Assembly (NCBI GenBank): GCA_050013755.1
Contig: JBEKER010000003.1
Location: forward strand, 14,404-78,403
DNA from: Halobacteriota archaeon
Lineage (GTDB): Archaea; Halobacteriota; Bog-38; Methanoflorentales; Methanoflorentaceae
Direction: 5' to 3'
Length of the DNA stretch: 64,000 nucleotides
Position 1 is the first letter of the stretch; every line of letters begins with the position of its first letter. A program made the position numbers and the translations under genes. Shown piece by piece: positions 29,483-39,561 of the stretch. Below the pieces are notes generated by a model. It was not told the origin of the DNA. It was given only the letters and a program-made list of their open reading frames with translations, and ran no database searches.

Positions 29483-30898
29483 ATGATCAGAAAGTCACTC
29501 GTTCTTGCGCTAGTTTTCCTCGTTGGATGTCCGGTAATTTTTTTGCCGGTAGTTTCAGGCGCAGTATCGACGGTCCCTGCTACGGCGGTTTCAAAGACGG
29601 CATCGACGGTCCCGGCGACGGCGGTTTCAACTACAGTGCCGACGATCCCAGCTACCGCCCTAGCTGCCACAGATGCGGCGCCTAAGCCACAGCTCGACTA
29701 CCGCGTGTCGCTGGCGCCAAATCAAATCTGGGATGGCACAATCGAGTATTTCAAAGCACAAGGCTTCACCACCGTAGTGCTCGTCGCCGCTCAACCACTC
29801 CCGTACGGCAACGAGTTGCAGAAAATCAAGCAGCTGGGCATGTACCCCATTTTGGATATCGAGTATATCATCTGGAACGGCGGCGTTAACAAGTCAACAC
29901 CCATAACGCAGTTCGATTCGGATTTTAGCATGTGGAAGCAGGCGGGCTGGCAAAACGTAGCCACCGAGGGAGGACGAAGTGGCGATCTTGCCACGTTGAA
30001 GGATTACTTCACCACTATCACCTATTTTAACTGCGACGTGTGCGGCCTTTGGCAGGACGGCTACAGAAATCCTGATGTGACGGAGATGTCGTGGGAGGCG
30101 TACTATCCCTCTGAAATCCCGAGCATACAGCAAGGAGCCCTGATTTCATACAACCTCGGGAAGCCGCAGGGCATAACGGCAGGCGTGTGGGATAAAAACA
30201 ACGCGAACCTCAATTATGATACGTACAAATCACTACTCGATTGGAGTTATTCCGAGGGGGTAGGTTTCACTCACTTCAATGTGTTCTTCGGGTTGGGAGC
30301 GACGATCGCTGACTATCAGCGGCTCGGATTTCCTGCGATCATTTCACAACTGCAGCAAAACTATCCGCCCAAACCGATAGGGGCATGGCCTGCGATAACG
30401 GTGAACTCTGTTCGACAGGTGCCAAATCCTCAAAACTCTATCGTGTGGGACATAACCAATCTCGGTGACAAAGAGGCTTGGGTAGCCCCCTATGCGATAC
30501 TCCATAACGGAACCGCAGCGCTGAGCCAAGTCAATGCCGAAGCGGTGTTAAGTCAAGATGCCGGCACCAGTTCCTCGGCTGCCGTTCAACAGAATGACGG
30601 CTACGGCTGGGTACACCTCGGGGCCGGTGAGGAGATTAGCATCCTGTCGCCGCCCACAGTCCCTACAAACACCACAGGAGCAGCGTACAACGTCTACGTG
30701 TCCTACAACAATACCTCCCGCGGGTGGCTCTATAGCGCGCCCCTCTATACCACCGTCGGGGCTAAGCCCATACCAACAAACTTCTTCGGACTGTTTGACT
30801 ACAGTAATACCGACGTAGAGTTGTTGTTGTTGCTTGTGCTCGTCGTGTTCCTCACGATCGTACTTGCGCCTCGATTAAGACGGAAGCGACAAAAATAG
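29483..30898 (+). CDS. Secreted, C-terminally anchored protein of unknown function (possible glycoside hydrolase-like barrel)
   Basis: Signal peptide, STVPATAVS repeats, aromatic-rich core, C-terminal TM plus RLRRKRQK. Confidence 0.75.
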   Translation: MIRKSLVLALVFLVGCPVIFLPVVSGAVSTVPATAVSKTASTVPATAVSTTVPTIPATALAATDAAPKPQLDYRVSLAPNQIWDGTIEYFKAQGFTTVVLVAAQPLPYGNELQKIKQLGMYPILDIEYIIWNGGVNKSTPITQFDSDFSMWKQAGWQNVATEGGRSGDLATLKDYFTTITYFNCDVCGLWQDGYRNPDVTEMSWEAYYPSEIPSIQQGALISYNLGKPQGITAGVWDKNNANLNYDTYKSLLDWSYSEGVGFTHFNVFFGLGATIADYQRLGFPAIISQLQQNYPPKPIGAWPAITVNSVRQVPNPQNSIVWDITNLGDKEAWVAPYAILHNGTAALSQVNAEAVLSQDAGTSSSAAVQQNDGYGWVHLGAGEEISILSPPTVPTNTTGAAYNVYVSYNNTSRGWLYSAPLYTTVGAKPIPTNFFGLFDYSNTDVELLLLLVLVVFLTIVLAPRLRRKRQK

Positions 30899-31028
30899 CG
30901 CAAAATTCATCGCTACGCGCACTGCGAGCGAATGTCAAAGCGGTTCAATCTATCCTTCTCACCGACGTCCTGCGATCTTCCGAACCAGCCACACCAAATA
31001 CCCTAAGAAAACTTTTGGTGTGCGCGGC

Positions 31029-31128
31029 CCTCGCAAGAACCGCTTCAGTCGAATAGATCTATTTACGGTGGGGTCTAAAGAAATTTAGATTACTGTGTAC
31101 GGTCCTCGCAAGAACCGCTTCACTCGAA
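31029..31128. repeat. 25-bp near-perfect direct repeat (75-bp period) at the 3' end of the APC permease
   Basis: CCTCGCAAGAACCGCTTCA(G/C)TCGAA at 31029-31053 and 31104-31128. Confidence 0.85.
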
Positions 31129-32477
31129 AGGAAGTCCCTCTTTAGAGTCTTTAGCTCGGTGCGCGGCGCGTAAAGCACATAGATCGGGATGCCAATCAGA
31201 ACCGACACGATTCCGAATGCTACCGTGCTGATGCCACATTCATAAATGAGGAACACACTCAAGATAATGCCCGAGACAGGGATTGCCGACCCCGTGAGCC
31301 GTTCGAGGTAAGTGCGGCCCCTACCTGTTTGCCTCCGTCGGAGTGTCAGGACGGCGGCACACGTGGCCAAGTAGACGAAAGCAAGATTAAACGCTGAAAA
31401 GATGATGAGCTGCGTTAAATCGCCAATTAGTGCAGCGGATAACACGATGGCGGACTGTACGATAATCGCATTGGAAGGGGTACCAAACCTCGGATGAATT
31501 CGACTAAAAAGCCTTGGAAATAGCCCATCCAGTGAGATCGCATACGATAGCCGGGCAGTCGCTAGCGTAGCAGACTCCTCAAACCCAGTAATTGAGATGA
31601 GTGCCCCTAGCCCAAGAATCGCACCTCCTATAATAGCAAGCTCCGGCGTGTACGAAAGGACAACGCCGCCAGCTGTGGCAAGGGGCGCGGGATCGAATTG
31701 GAGCGACGTCCAGTTGACCGCAGCGAGCGCCGTGAAGCCTACGGCTATATAAAAAAAGGTTACAATTGCCATGCCAAGGATCATCGCTTTCGGGAGGGTC
31801 TTCGTCGGATTCTCTATTTCACCAGAGGGGATGACTGCCAGTTCGAATCCCGTATAAGCCCAAAAAATGATAATCAGCGCTGGTCCGAAATTGCTCCAAC
31901 CAAGCGGGGCAAACGGTATAAAGTTCGAAGCTGCTGTGCCTGGGTGAACGACCAAATAGATAAGTCCTGCGACGATCAGCAGCAATAGTGGGGCTAATTT
32001 TCCAATAGTAAGCACATCATTAATCCGTCCGGCACTCTTTACCCCCCGCACGTTTATGTACGCGATAACTGCGACAAAAACGATTTTTATGATGTCGCCC
32101 TGGAGCGCGGTGAGCGAGGGCACGAAATACTGAAGATAACTTACGAATGCGACCGGCATTACGGCAAGCCCGGCAATTTCGGCAATCCAGAGGGGCCAGC
32201 CCACTAAAAAGCCGGCAAAGTTCCCCCAAGCCTCGCATACATATGCAAACGCGCCCCCCACCTTAGGGACAAGAGCCGCAGCTTCGGTGAAGCTTAATGC
32301 TATAAGTATCGCGATTACCCCGGCAACGATAAAAATAACGAGGCTTGCAGGTCCGAGATATGCAGCGGCCAATGCCGAGACAATGAAGATATCCGCGCCT
32401 ATGGCAGTGCCAACTACGAGATTTGTAACGTCGAAGAGATTCAGTTTCTTCGAGCTAGCGCTGTTTTTTACCGCCAT
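31059..32477 (-). CDS. APC-family amino acid permease
   Basis: LVVGTAIGADIF, VPKVGGAFAYV, FWAYTGFE, E..NP.KTLPKA, HPRFGTP. Confidence 0.92.
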   Translation of the reverse strand: MAVKNSASSKKLNLFDVTNLVVGTAIGADIFIVSALAAAYLGPASLVIFIVAGVIAILIALSFTEAAALVPKVGGAFAYVCEAWGNFAGFLVGWPLWIAEIAGLAVMPVAFVSYLQYFVPSLTALQGDIIKIVFVAVIAYINVRGVKSAGRINDVLTIGKLAPLLLLIVAGLIYLVVHPGTAASNFIPFAPLGWSNFGPALIIIFWAYTGFELAVIPSGEIENPTKTLPKAMILGMAIVTFFYIAVGFTALAAVNWTSLQFDPAPLATAGGVVLSYTPELAIIGGAILGLGALISITGFEESATLATARLSYAISLDGLFPRLFSRIHPRFGTPSNAIIVQSAIVLSAALIGDLTQLIIFSAFNLAFVYLATCAAVLTLRRRQTGRGRTYLERLTGSAIPVSGIILSVFLIYECGISTVAFGIVSVLIGIPIYVLYAPRTELKTLKRDFLSSEAVLARTVHSNLNFFRPHRK

Positions 32478-32752
32478 TTGGAGCCCTCAGCAGCTACGAC
32501 TTGTTTTCTTTGAGCTCTTTCTATATGGATTTATGCCGCCCCAGCAATATCCACGATGATACGCTGCATGAGAGCGCCGTTCTTGTAACCGAGTCAATTA
32601 GCCCCCGTCTTTTGTTAACCCAAGGCGGCTGGCCTGCAAGAGCGAACTTCCACACTCCGCTAAGGATGTGAGCGCACCGAGGATTCTCTATCAGATCGTC
32701 GAGAAGAACCAGCCGAGTCACTTTGATGACACAGCACGGACTCAGACACGGG

Positions 32753-33460
32753 CTACTTAATGGTCGGTCTAAGAAGCTCTCTAATTCGACTGATCTCTTC
32801 TTCTGATGCGCCTGTGGCCTCGAAGATTGCGCACAAGGTGTCGAGGACACCGCTTTGTATCACGAAGTTGTCCACACTTCTGTATCGTGTCGTCATAAGC
32901 GTTGTTCGTATGCCTTCTGATGCTCGGGTTATGTAGTTCTCCCGAAAGGAGGCAATATCGAGATCGCTTGTCGCACTGCCGGCGATGACGAGCATCGTTT
33001 TATCACCGTAACAATAGCTTATGTCTCGCAGCAGTACGTATCCAGAAGAGGTTGGTAGCAGAAGCACGTTGCCAAAGTGCTTTTCGTAATAGTCCTGAAG
33101 AAGGACGAGGTGCCTTTCCAACGCAAGCAGCGCCGCTTTTTCATCCGATTCAGCAAGAATGATGAAATCTGCGGGAAACCCGACCTTCCGCCAATCGATT
33201 TGGATCGTATGTCGCGTGAGCACTGCTCGCGTCTTAAGACGTTTGATATGGTAAGCAGCCGCGTTGCCATCGCTGAGGCCGAGACGTTCGGCTAGCTCTG
33301 CGTTCGAAGTCTTAGCGTCCTCAAGGAGCGATAGTAAGATTATGAGTTCCTTTTCGTCAAGTGCGATCTTCTGTGAAAGTGCCTGCGCCAGTGTCTTGAC
33401 GTGGCGCGCTCTCGAATCTGCTGTCTCAAACTCCCTACTTTGCTTCATATTCGTGGGCAA
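32753..33460 (-). CDS. Lrp/AsnC-type winged-helix transcriptional regulator
   Basis: LDEKELIIL..L.EDAKTSNAELAERLGLS...YHIKRL...V..RHTIQIDWRKVG. Confidence 0.8.
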   Translation of the reverse strand: MPTNMKQSREFETADSRARHVKTLAQALSQKIALDEKELIILLSLLEDAKTSNAELAERLGLSDGNAAAYHIKRLKTRAVLTRHTIQIDWRKVGFPADFIILAESDEKAALLALERHLVLLQDYYEKHFGNVLLLPTSSGYVLLRDISYCYGDKTMLVIAGSATSDLDIASFRENYITRASEGIRTTLMTTRYRSVDNFVIQSGVLDTLCAIFEATGASEEEISRIRELLRPTIK

Positions 33461-33649
33461 CTTTCTGAAACGCCGCGAAGCTTAGTACCCCGCTTAACGC
33501 GTTCGTATTTATAGGTAGCTTTTGCAGTTTCTGCTTGTCGCCGGCTCAAGAACCGACGCACGAGATCGAGTATCACACCTCAGAGGTTTTGGGTTGCCCC
33601 CAGCACTGCGCATGCAACGGGCTTTAAATAGGTACCGCATTACCTCACT

Positions 33650-34471
33650 TTGATGCTCACAAAGCGGATTATTCCGTGCCTTGACGTCAAATATGGGGAT
33701 GGCAACAGGGCACTCGTCGTGAAAGGCATCGAATTCGTTTCGCTCAGAGCAGCTGGCGATCCAGTAGAACTCGCAAAGCGCTACGATCAAGAGGGCGCTG
33801 ATGAACTTATCTTCCTTGATATCACAGCCTCCCACGAAAGGCGACAAACAATGCTGGACATCGTCGAGGATACGGCCGACCAGGTTTTCATACCCTTCTG
33901 CGTCGGTGGCGGCTTACGGACTCTCGATGATGTCATCCAGACCTTGCGGTCTGGCGCGGACAAGATAGCGATTAACACTGCCGCTGTCAAAGATCCACAG
34001 TTTATAACGCGCGCAGCCGAGGCGGTTGGTTCGCAGTGCGTTGTTTTAGCCATCGATTGCAGACGGAACACGGACGTCGAGAGAGGACAGTATATCGTTA
34101 CTCTCGAAGATGGCACTCAAGCGTGGTATGAGGTCGTGATTTACGGTGGACGAACCCCGACCGGCATCGATGCGATTGAGTGGGCGATGCGGAGCGAGCG
34201 TTTGGGCGCGGGTGAGATCATGCTAACGAGCATGAATAGGGATGGCACAAAAGACGGCTATGATATTCCCATCACGAAGGCGATATCAGAGGCCATCGAC
34301 CTGCCGATAATTGCCTCCGGAGGTGCCGGCACGGCTGAGCACATCTACGCAGGCTTTGTTGACGGCAAGGCGGATGCGTGTCTTGCCGCGAGCATTTTTC
34401 ATTTCAAAGAGATCTCCATAGCTTCATTAAAGCAGTACCTACAAGCGCGCGGAATTCCCATCCGGATGTAG
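33650..34471 (+). CDS. hisF: Imidazole glycerol phosphate synthase cyclase subunit
   Basis: [21 protein letters not shown]...[46 protein letters not shown]. Confidence 0.97.
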   Translation: MMLTKRIIPCLDVKYGDGNRALVVKGIEFVSLRAAGDPVELAKRYDQEGADELIFLDITASHERRQTMLDIVEDTADQVFIPFCVGGGLRTLDDVIQTLRSGADKIAINTAAVKDPQFITRAAEAVGSQCVVLAIDCRRNTDVERGQYIVTLEDGTQAWYEVVIYGGRTPTGIDAIEWAMRSERLGAGEIMLTSMNRDGTKDGYDIPITKAISEAIDLPIIASGGAGTAEHIYAGFVDGKADACLAASIFHFKEISIASLKQYLQARGIPIRM

Positions 34472-34511
34472 GTGGTCGACCGCGCGTAGAGAAGACAGCG
34501 ATTGTCCTCGG

Positions 34512-35003
34512 TCACCGCTGGTCGCCGGTCAAATAGCGCTGCGCCAATTCCGCGTAGCTTTTTGCATTTGCCTCTATCCACTGAATCTGCTCGGGGGTTA
34601 CCTCCTTGACGACTTTTCCGGGAACTCCCAGGACAAGACTGCGTCGCGGTATCTGCGTGCCCTCTGTCACGACGGCGCCCGCACCGACGATAGAGCCTTC
34701 CCCTACACGTGCTCTGTCTAGTATGATGGCGCCAATTCCGATCAGCACGGTATCTTCTATTTGTGCTCCGTGGACTATCGCCCCGTGTCCCATCGTGACC
34801 TGGTCTCCAATCCTGGTCTCGATTCCTTCTCGCACGTGTATGACGGCGTTGTCCTGGACGCTTGTGTTTCGACCTATCTGAATCAAGGCCATGTCGCTCC
34901 GTATGACAGCGCCGAACCACACGCTCGAACCCGGAGCGATCGTCACATTTCCAATGACGGTTGCGGTCGGGGCAATGAAGACGCCTTCGAAGTTTCTGTT
35001 CAT
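34512..35003 (-). CDS. Gamma carbonic anhydrase family (left-handed beta-helix) protein
   Basis: IAPTATVIGNV.I...SSVWFGAVIRSD, SVQDNAVIH, GHGAIVHG, GVPGKVV. Confidence 0.92.
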   Translation of the reverse strand: MNRNFEGVFIAPTATVIGNVTIAPGSSVWFGAVIRSDMALIQIGRNTSVQDNAVIHVREGIETRIGDQVTMGHGAIVHGAQIEDTVLIGIGAIILDRARVGEGSIVGAGAVVTEGTQIPRRSLVLGVPGKVVKEVTPEQIQWIEANAKSYAELAQRYLTGDQR

Positions 35004-35115
35004 TAGTTCCTCTACTACCTCACTATCACTAATGATCTGCCTTTAGGTACAAAAAGCCAATTATTAACCTAACAGGCTATATCACATAGTCGAGCCACTA
35101 CAGGTGGGGAGGTTT

Positions 35116-35559
35116 ATGGCTTTAGTCGCGATTGGCGGAACGTTTGATATACTTCATGACGGTCATAAGGCGCTGCTGAAAAAGGCCTACTCACTAGGTG
35201 AGGTGACCATCGGGCTTGTTTCAGACGAGATGGCAAGAGGAAAAGCCCTCGTGAGCAACACGTACGATACCCGAAAGAGAGCAGTTGCCGCCTACGTGCA
35301 GGCGCTAACGGGGACTATTCCCGTGATCGTCGCGCTTGACGACCCGTACGGGCCATCCATGAAGGAGAAATTTGATTATATCGTTGTCTCGCCTGAAACG
35401 TTTCGAACAGCAAAGAAGATTAACGCCCTCAGATCACAACGCGGACTTCCACCGATAAAGATCATATGCGTCGATTTTGTTCTTGCACAGGACGGACGAC
35501 CGATATCCTCGACCCGGATTCACCGGGGCGAAATTGACGACCACGGGATGCTCCTATGA
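35116..35559 (+). CDS. coaD: Archaeal-type phosphopantetheine adenylyltransferase
   Basis: VAIGGTFDILHDGH, LDDPYGP, IVVSPET, IN..R...GL.P, ISSTRI..GEID. Confidence 0.92.
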   Translation: MALVAIGGTFDILHDGHKALLKKAYSLGEVTIGLVSDEMARGKALVSNTYDTRKRAVAAYVQALTGTIPVIVALDDPYGPSMKEKFDYIVVSPETFRTAKKINALRSQRGLPPIKIICVDFVLAQDGRPISSTRIHRGEIDDHGMLL

Positions 35560-35862
35560 AGGAAGGGGTCTGTTTCTGAAAACCACCCCACTAACACCTA
35601 GATATGCGTGATTTGCGAGCGCGGACGGTTCGTAGAAACGTTACATGGATTCGCGTCTCTACCTAGCATGCTTGGCGACATTGCGAGCAGGGCGGGATTC
35701 GCCACAATCGGGCGCCCCCTGCAATAGAGCAGATGGGACAAAAACAGCTGCATCGGCTATCGCTCGATGGGGTTGATCGGAGCACGCGCTTCACCTGGCT
35801 CGGCGCGATTATGGTTCTGATTTCGGAGATGGATAAAGCGAAGGCTCTGCGGCTTGATCTCA

Positions 35863-36537
35863 CTAGTGGACTATGCGTGTCCCAACCCTTTTGCCTGCGA
35901 TAACATCAAGCAAGACTCGCGGTTCACGCCCGTCGATAACGACGGCCGATATTTTCGAGCGTTCGATAATCTTCGCCGCAAGTGGGTCGATGACCGTTTT
36001 GGCGCCGGCCTTCATCTCCTGAGACATAACGATCTTCACTAGCTCAGCGGGCGTGACTTCGTCTAGTTTGACGGCACTCTTGTCAATATAAGGGTCTGCC
36101 GTATAAACGCCATCAACTGACGTTGCTATAACAAGAAGATCCGTCTGCACGTATTCAGAAAGTATCGCCGATACAGCATCGGTTGTCTGTCCGGGAGCCA
36201 CACCCCCCATCACGACAACTTTGCCTGAAGACATGGCCGTTTCGGCTTCTCGATAGTCGTGCGGAATGTCCTGAAACGCCGCGTTCGATAATGCCGAGAT
36301 CAATAATCGAGCATTGACGCGCGAGAGAGCGATGCCGATAAGGTCACACACCGCTTCACTCGCCCCCATCGAACGGGCGGCCCGTATATAGTCACGGGCT
36401 GCTTTGCCGCCTCCGGTCACGATGAACAAGGTGTTTTCTTGTGCGAGTTCCGTGATCACTTCAGCGTACTCTAAGAACTTTTCCTGCGACAATGTTGGAG
36501 CGATCACAGACCCGCCGACGGAAATCACTGCTTTCAT
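35863..36537 (-). CDS. pyrH: UMP kinase (archaeal type)
   Basis: VISVGGS, VTGGGKAARDYI, MGG..PGQTTDAV, ATSVDGVY.ADP, G...VIDPLAA. Confidence 0.95.
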   Translation of the reverse strand: MKAVISVGGSVIAPTLSQEKFLEYAEVITELAQENTLFIVTGGGKAARDYIRAARSMGASEAVCDLIGIALSRVNARLLISALSNAAFQDIPHDYREAETAMSSGKVVVMGGVAPGQTTDAVSAILSEYVQTDLLVIATSVDGVYTADPYIDKSAVKLDEVTPAELVKIVMSQEMKAGAKTVIDPLAAKIIERSKISAVVIDGREPRVLLDVIAGKRVGTRIVH

Positions 36538-36804
36538 CAGCGTATCATTACTAAAAAAGGAGTATAAGTCAATTCCCGTCTGCTTAGACTATCAGTCATT
36601 TCATCGCGTTTCGTTAGTAGTCTTACTGCCTACCCTTCTTGCGAGAGCTGGCGCGCTGGAGCACGCTTTGTGAGTCAGACTTACCTACAGCCATAGACTC
36701 CAGCATTTGACGCTTGACAAAAGCATTTGACTCACGAATCCGGCATACGCTGTCGTGTTTAGTTAGGCACACGCGTTGCACTTAATCAGTCGCCCACGAT
36801 TTTC

Positions 36805-37404
36805 TCAGTAGCTATAACGCTCTTCTAGCCACGGATCGCCACGATTATGGTAGCCGTGTGACTCCCAGAATCCGCGCACATCTTCTGCCATAAACTCGAC
36901 CCCGGTTACCCACTTGGCACTCTTCCAGAAATAGAGGCGCGGAACCACGAGCCGCACGGGATAGCCGTGTCCCGGACTGAGGGGTTCTCCATTGTGCTTG
37001 AGGGCAAAAAGCACGTCAGGTTCAAAAAAGTCACTTACTGAAAGGTTCGTCGTAAAGCCCTTCTCTGCGTGAATTAAAACAAATTTGGCCGCAGGCAGTA
37101 CCTTCACCAAGTCGGTGAGCGATCGTGTGCTTACTCCCTCCCAATAGTTGTTGAGCTTCGACCACCCCGTGACGCAATGTATGTCGGAAAACACTTTCTC
37201 TTGCGGAAGCGACGTGAATTGTTCGAAATTCAGCCTCCGCTCGGTTTCCACGAGTCCCGAGATGGTAAACGTCCACTTAGAGACGTCAAAGCGCGGGATA
37301 GAGCCATAATGCAACACGGGCCAGTCTTCGGTCTTTTGCTGACCTGGGGGGATTCTTTCGCTTCTGCTCGTATCTGGGCTTTGGACTATGTGTTCGTCTT
37401 TCAT
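36805..37404 (-). CDS. Sulfite oxidase-like molybdopterin-binding oxidoreductase
   Basis: RIPPGQ...WPVLHYG, DIHCVTGWSK, HGYPVRLVVP.LYFWKSAKW, GFWESHGYH.RGDPW.EER; ATG 37404. Confidence 0.92.
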   Translation of the reverse strand: MKDEHIVQSPDTSRSERIPPGQQKTEDWPVLHYGSIPRFDVSKWTFTISGLVETERRLNFEQFTSLPQEKVFSDIHCVTGWSKLNNYWEGVSTRSLTDLVKVLPAAKFVLIHAEKGFTTNLSVSDFFEPDVLFALKHNGEPLSPGHGYPVRLVVPRLYFWKSAKWVTGVEFMAEDVRGFWESHGYHNRGDPWLEERYSY

Positions 37405-37524
37405 AACTAATGGCTTAGTTTCCGTTAACCACGCCGATGCATTACGGTGTGGCGTTGAGCAACTTGGCGAATCACTTCCTGAGCGCGCTGCGTTGCGCGA
37501 TCCTAGACCGACATTTCCCAACGA

Positions 37525-38226
37525 TCAGCCGTTTCCTCTATTGATACGCTCTATTGCCTTCCCCGCCGCATCTCGGACATCGGGATTTTTGTCCTTCAAA
37601 AGGATTCTGAGCGGCTCGAGAGCACGCTCATCGCCTATTTCTCCGAGGCTTTTCGCCGCCCTCATCTTAATATCTGGATCTTTGTCGCTCAGCATTGAAA
37701 CGAGCGGCTCTACAGAAGCGGAACCGATTTTCACCAGGGCATCGGATGCTCTCCACCGAACTCCCTTGCTCTGGTCCTTGAGATCCTCGAGGAGGAGCTC
37801 CACCTCGTTGATGCCACACGTGTCGCCCAGTCCGCAAATCTCACCTATTGCCTGGGCAGCTTTTCCGCGCACAATTTGATTATCGTCGTTCATATCCTCG
37901 ATGAGGGGTTCCAACGCTTGCGCATCGCCTATTTGTCCGAGCGCCGTCGCGGCTTCGAGCCGGACGTAGTACTCTTTATCCTTTAGAGCGTTAATGAGCG
38001 GCTCCACCGCCCTTGGGTCGCCTATCACCCCGAGCGCTTCTGCTGCGCACTCTCGCACCATCAGCTCCGTATCATTGAGGGCGCTTATTAGCAGATCCAC
38101 CGCTCGAGCGGATTTTGCCTTGCCTAGAGCTAAACACGCCATCTTCCTCTTATCAGGATTCACGTGTTTCAAGTCACTAAGCAGCGATTCTATTTCCTTT
38201 TCGTCTTTCGTCGTTCCATCTGGCAT
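37525..38226 (-). CDS. HEAT/PBS-lyase repeat protein
   Basis: Repeated VR..AA.ALG.IGD.RAVEPLI..L.D units. Confidence 0.92.
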   Translation of the reverse strand: MPDGTTKDEKEIESLLSDLKHVNPDKRKMACLALGKAKSARAVDLLISALNDTELMVRECAAEALGVIGDPRAVEPLINALKDKEYYVRLEAATALGQIGDAQALEPLIEDMNDDNQIVRGKAAQAIGEICGLGDTCGINEVELLLEDLKDQSKGVRWRASDALVKIGSASVEPLVSMLSDKDPDIKMRAAKSLGEIGDERALEPLRILLKDKNPDVRDAAGKAIERINRGNG

Positions 38227-38916
38227 TTTTAAGCCTCCTCTTTTTGCACAGCCGAGGTCACGTCGGCGAGGGCATTGCCTACACGAGTGCCGTACTCAGT
38301 TAGTGTCCTGTTAAGTCCTATATAGCTGCTACGCCATCTCTGAGTGCTTCGACGCGGAGCCACGGGAACTTAAAGGGCCGCAGCCTTGCGCGCGAATCGC
38401 TGTCATGCTGCTTCGCTGAGCACGCGCGCGTGTTTTTCCCCTGCACCAAAACAATTGGTTATCGGCGCAGGCTAGCGCCAGTAATGCCCTCGAGGGGCGT
38501 CCATCGAAGGCTTCGTTTGCTACCTTGCGGCGCATCGTAACATCAGAGGTTTCTGAACGTATGTTCTGCGCAACCTCGGAGACGCCAAACCCCACTAGCC
38601 AAACATCAACATTTTGCTCGTAAGGTTTGTCGAAACATTGCGACTAGCCAACGCAACGTGAGGAGGTACACTATACTTAACACTCAAAGCTGTGGTTCAA
38701 GCGTGGTCATTTATACGATATCTGGTGACCGCGGGTTACCAGAAGATATATCACTAGAAGCAATAATCTAAGCTTTAAAATATGTGGATGTTAGAATATA
38801 CGCATGCTCAACGTTCTGCTACGTGACTAGTGAGTCATTTTACCGTTGATTGTGAAGATAAACGGTAGGATGCTCAGCTAGACCAGCAGTGGGCGCACGC
38901 GAAAGAGGCAAATCCG

Positions 38917-39561
38917 ATGGAAACACGGTTGGCGGTTCGAGACGTTATGACGAGGACTGTTGTAACGGCAACTCCCGAAATGACCGCTGCGCAAGCCGGA
39001 AAAAAAATGGTCGAAAAAAGGGTCGGGAGCATAATAATCGTCAAGGATGAAAAGCCAGTCGGCATCGTCACGGAAAGCGACATGGTTGCGAAAGTTATCT
39101 TTAAGAACGTTAAGCCGAGCTCTATCAAGCTCGACCAGCTCATGTCGAAACCCCTCATCACAACGAAAAGCAGCGACGACGTGCACGACGCAGTGCTTGT
39201 GATGGCTCAGAAAAAAATCCGGCGTCTTCCGGTACTCGACGGAGATGAACTAGTCGGAATTATTACCGACGCAGACGTTATCCAAGTCTCCTCTGAAGTT
39301 AACCAAATTCTTGACAACTTGATAGAGATGAACAGGGAGAGCGTCCTCGACCGCCGGGAAGACGTCAGAACGCAAGGCGAGTGTGAGGAGTGCGAAGAAT
39401 ACTCAGATGATCTACGGCAAGAGGCAGGACGCCTCAAATGTCCGAGGTGCCGAGGCTCTACTTCATCCGGCGTCTGCGAGATCTGCGGAGAGTTTTCTTA
39501 CGTGCTCGAATATGCAGACGGCAGCATTATATGCGAATCGTGTAAGGAGAGCGTTCGATGA
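38917..39561 (+). CDS. CBS-domain protein with two C-terminal CxxC-x15-CxxC zinc-ribbon-like motifs
   Basis: One CBS pair (VRDVM, PVGIVTESD, RRLPV, LVGIITDAD), then CEEC..CPRC and CEIC..CESC. Confidence 0.9.
   Translation: METRLAVRDVMTRTVVTATPEMTAAQAGKKMVEKRVGSIIIVKDEKPVGIVTESDMVAKVIFKNVKPSSIKLDQLMSKPLITTKSSDDVHDAVLVMAQKKIRRLPVLDGDELVGIITDADVIQVSSEVNQILDNLIEMNRESVLDRREDVRTQGECEECEEYSDDLRQEAGRLKCPRCRGSTSSGVCEICGEFSYVLEYADGSIICESCKESVR

Noticed and set aside
35600-35863. ORF 35663-35863 or an ncRNA between coaD and pyrH
   Set aside because: No protein motif, RNA-family motif or convincing structure.
38329-38595. 88-aa ORF upstream of the HEAT protein
   Set aside because: Arg/Ala/Ser-rich composition typical of non-coding GC-rich DNA; no SD.
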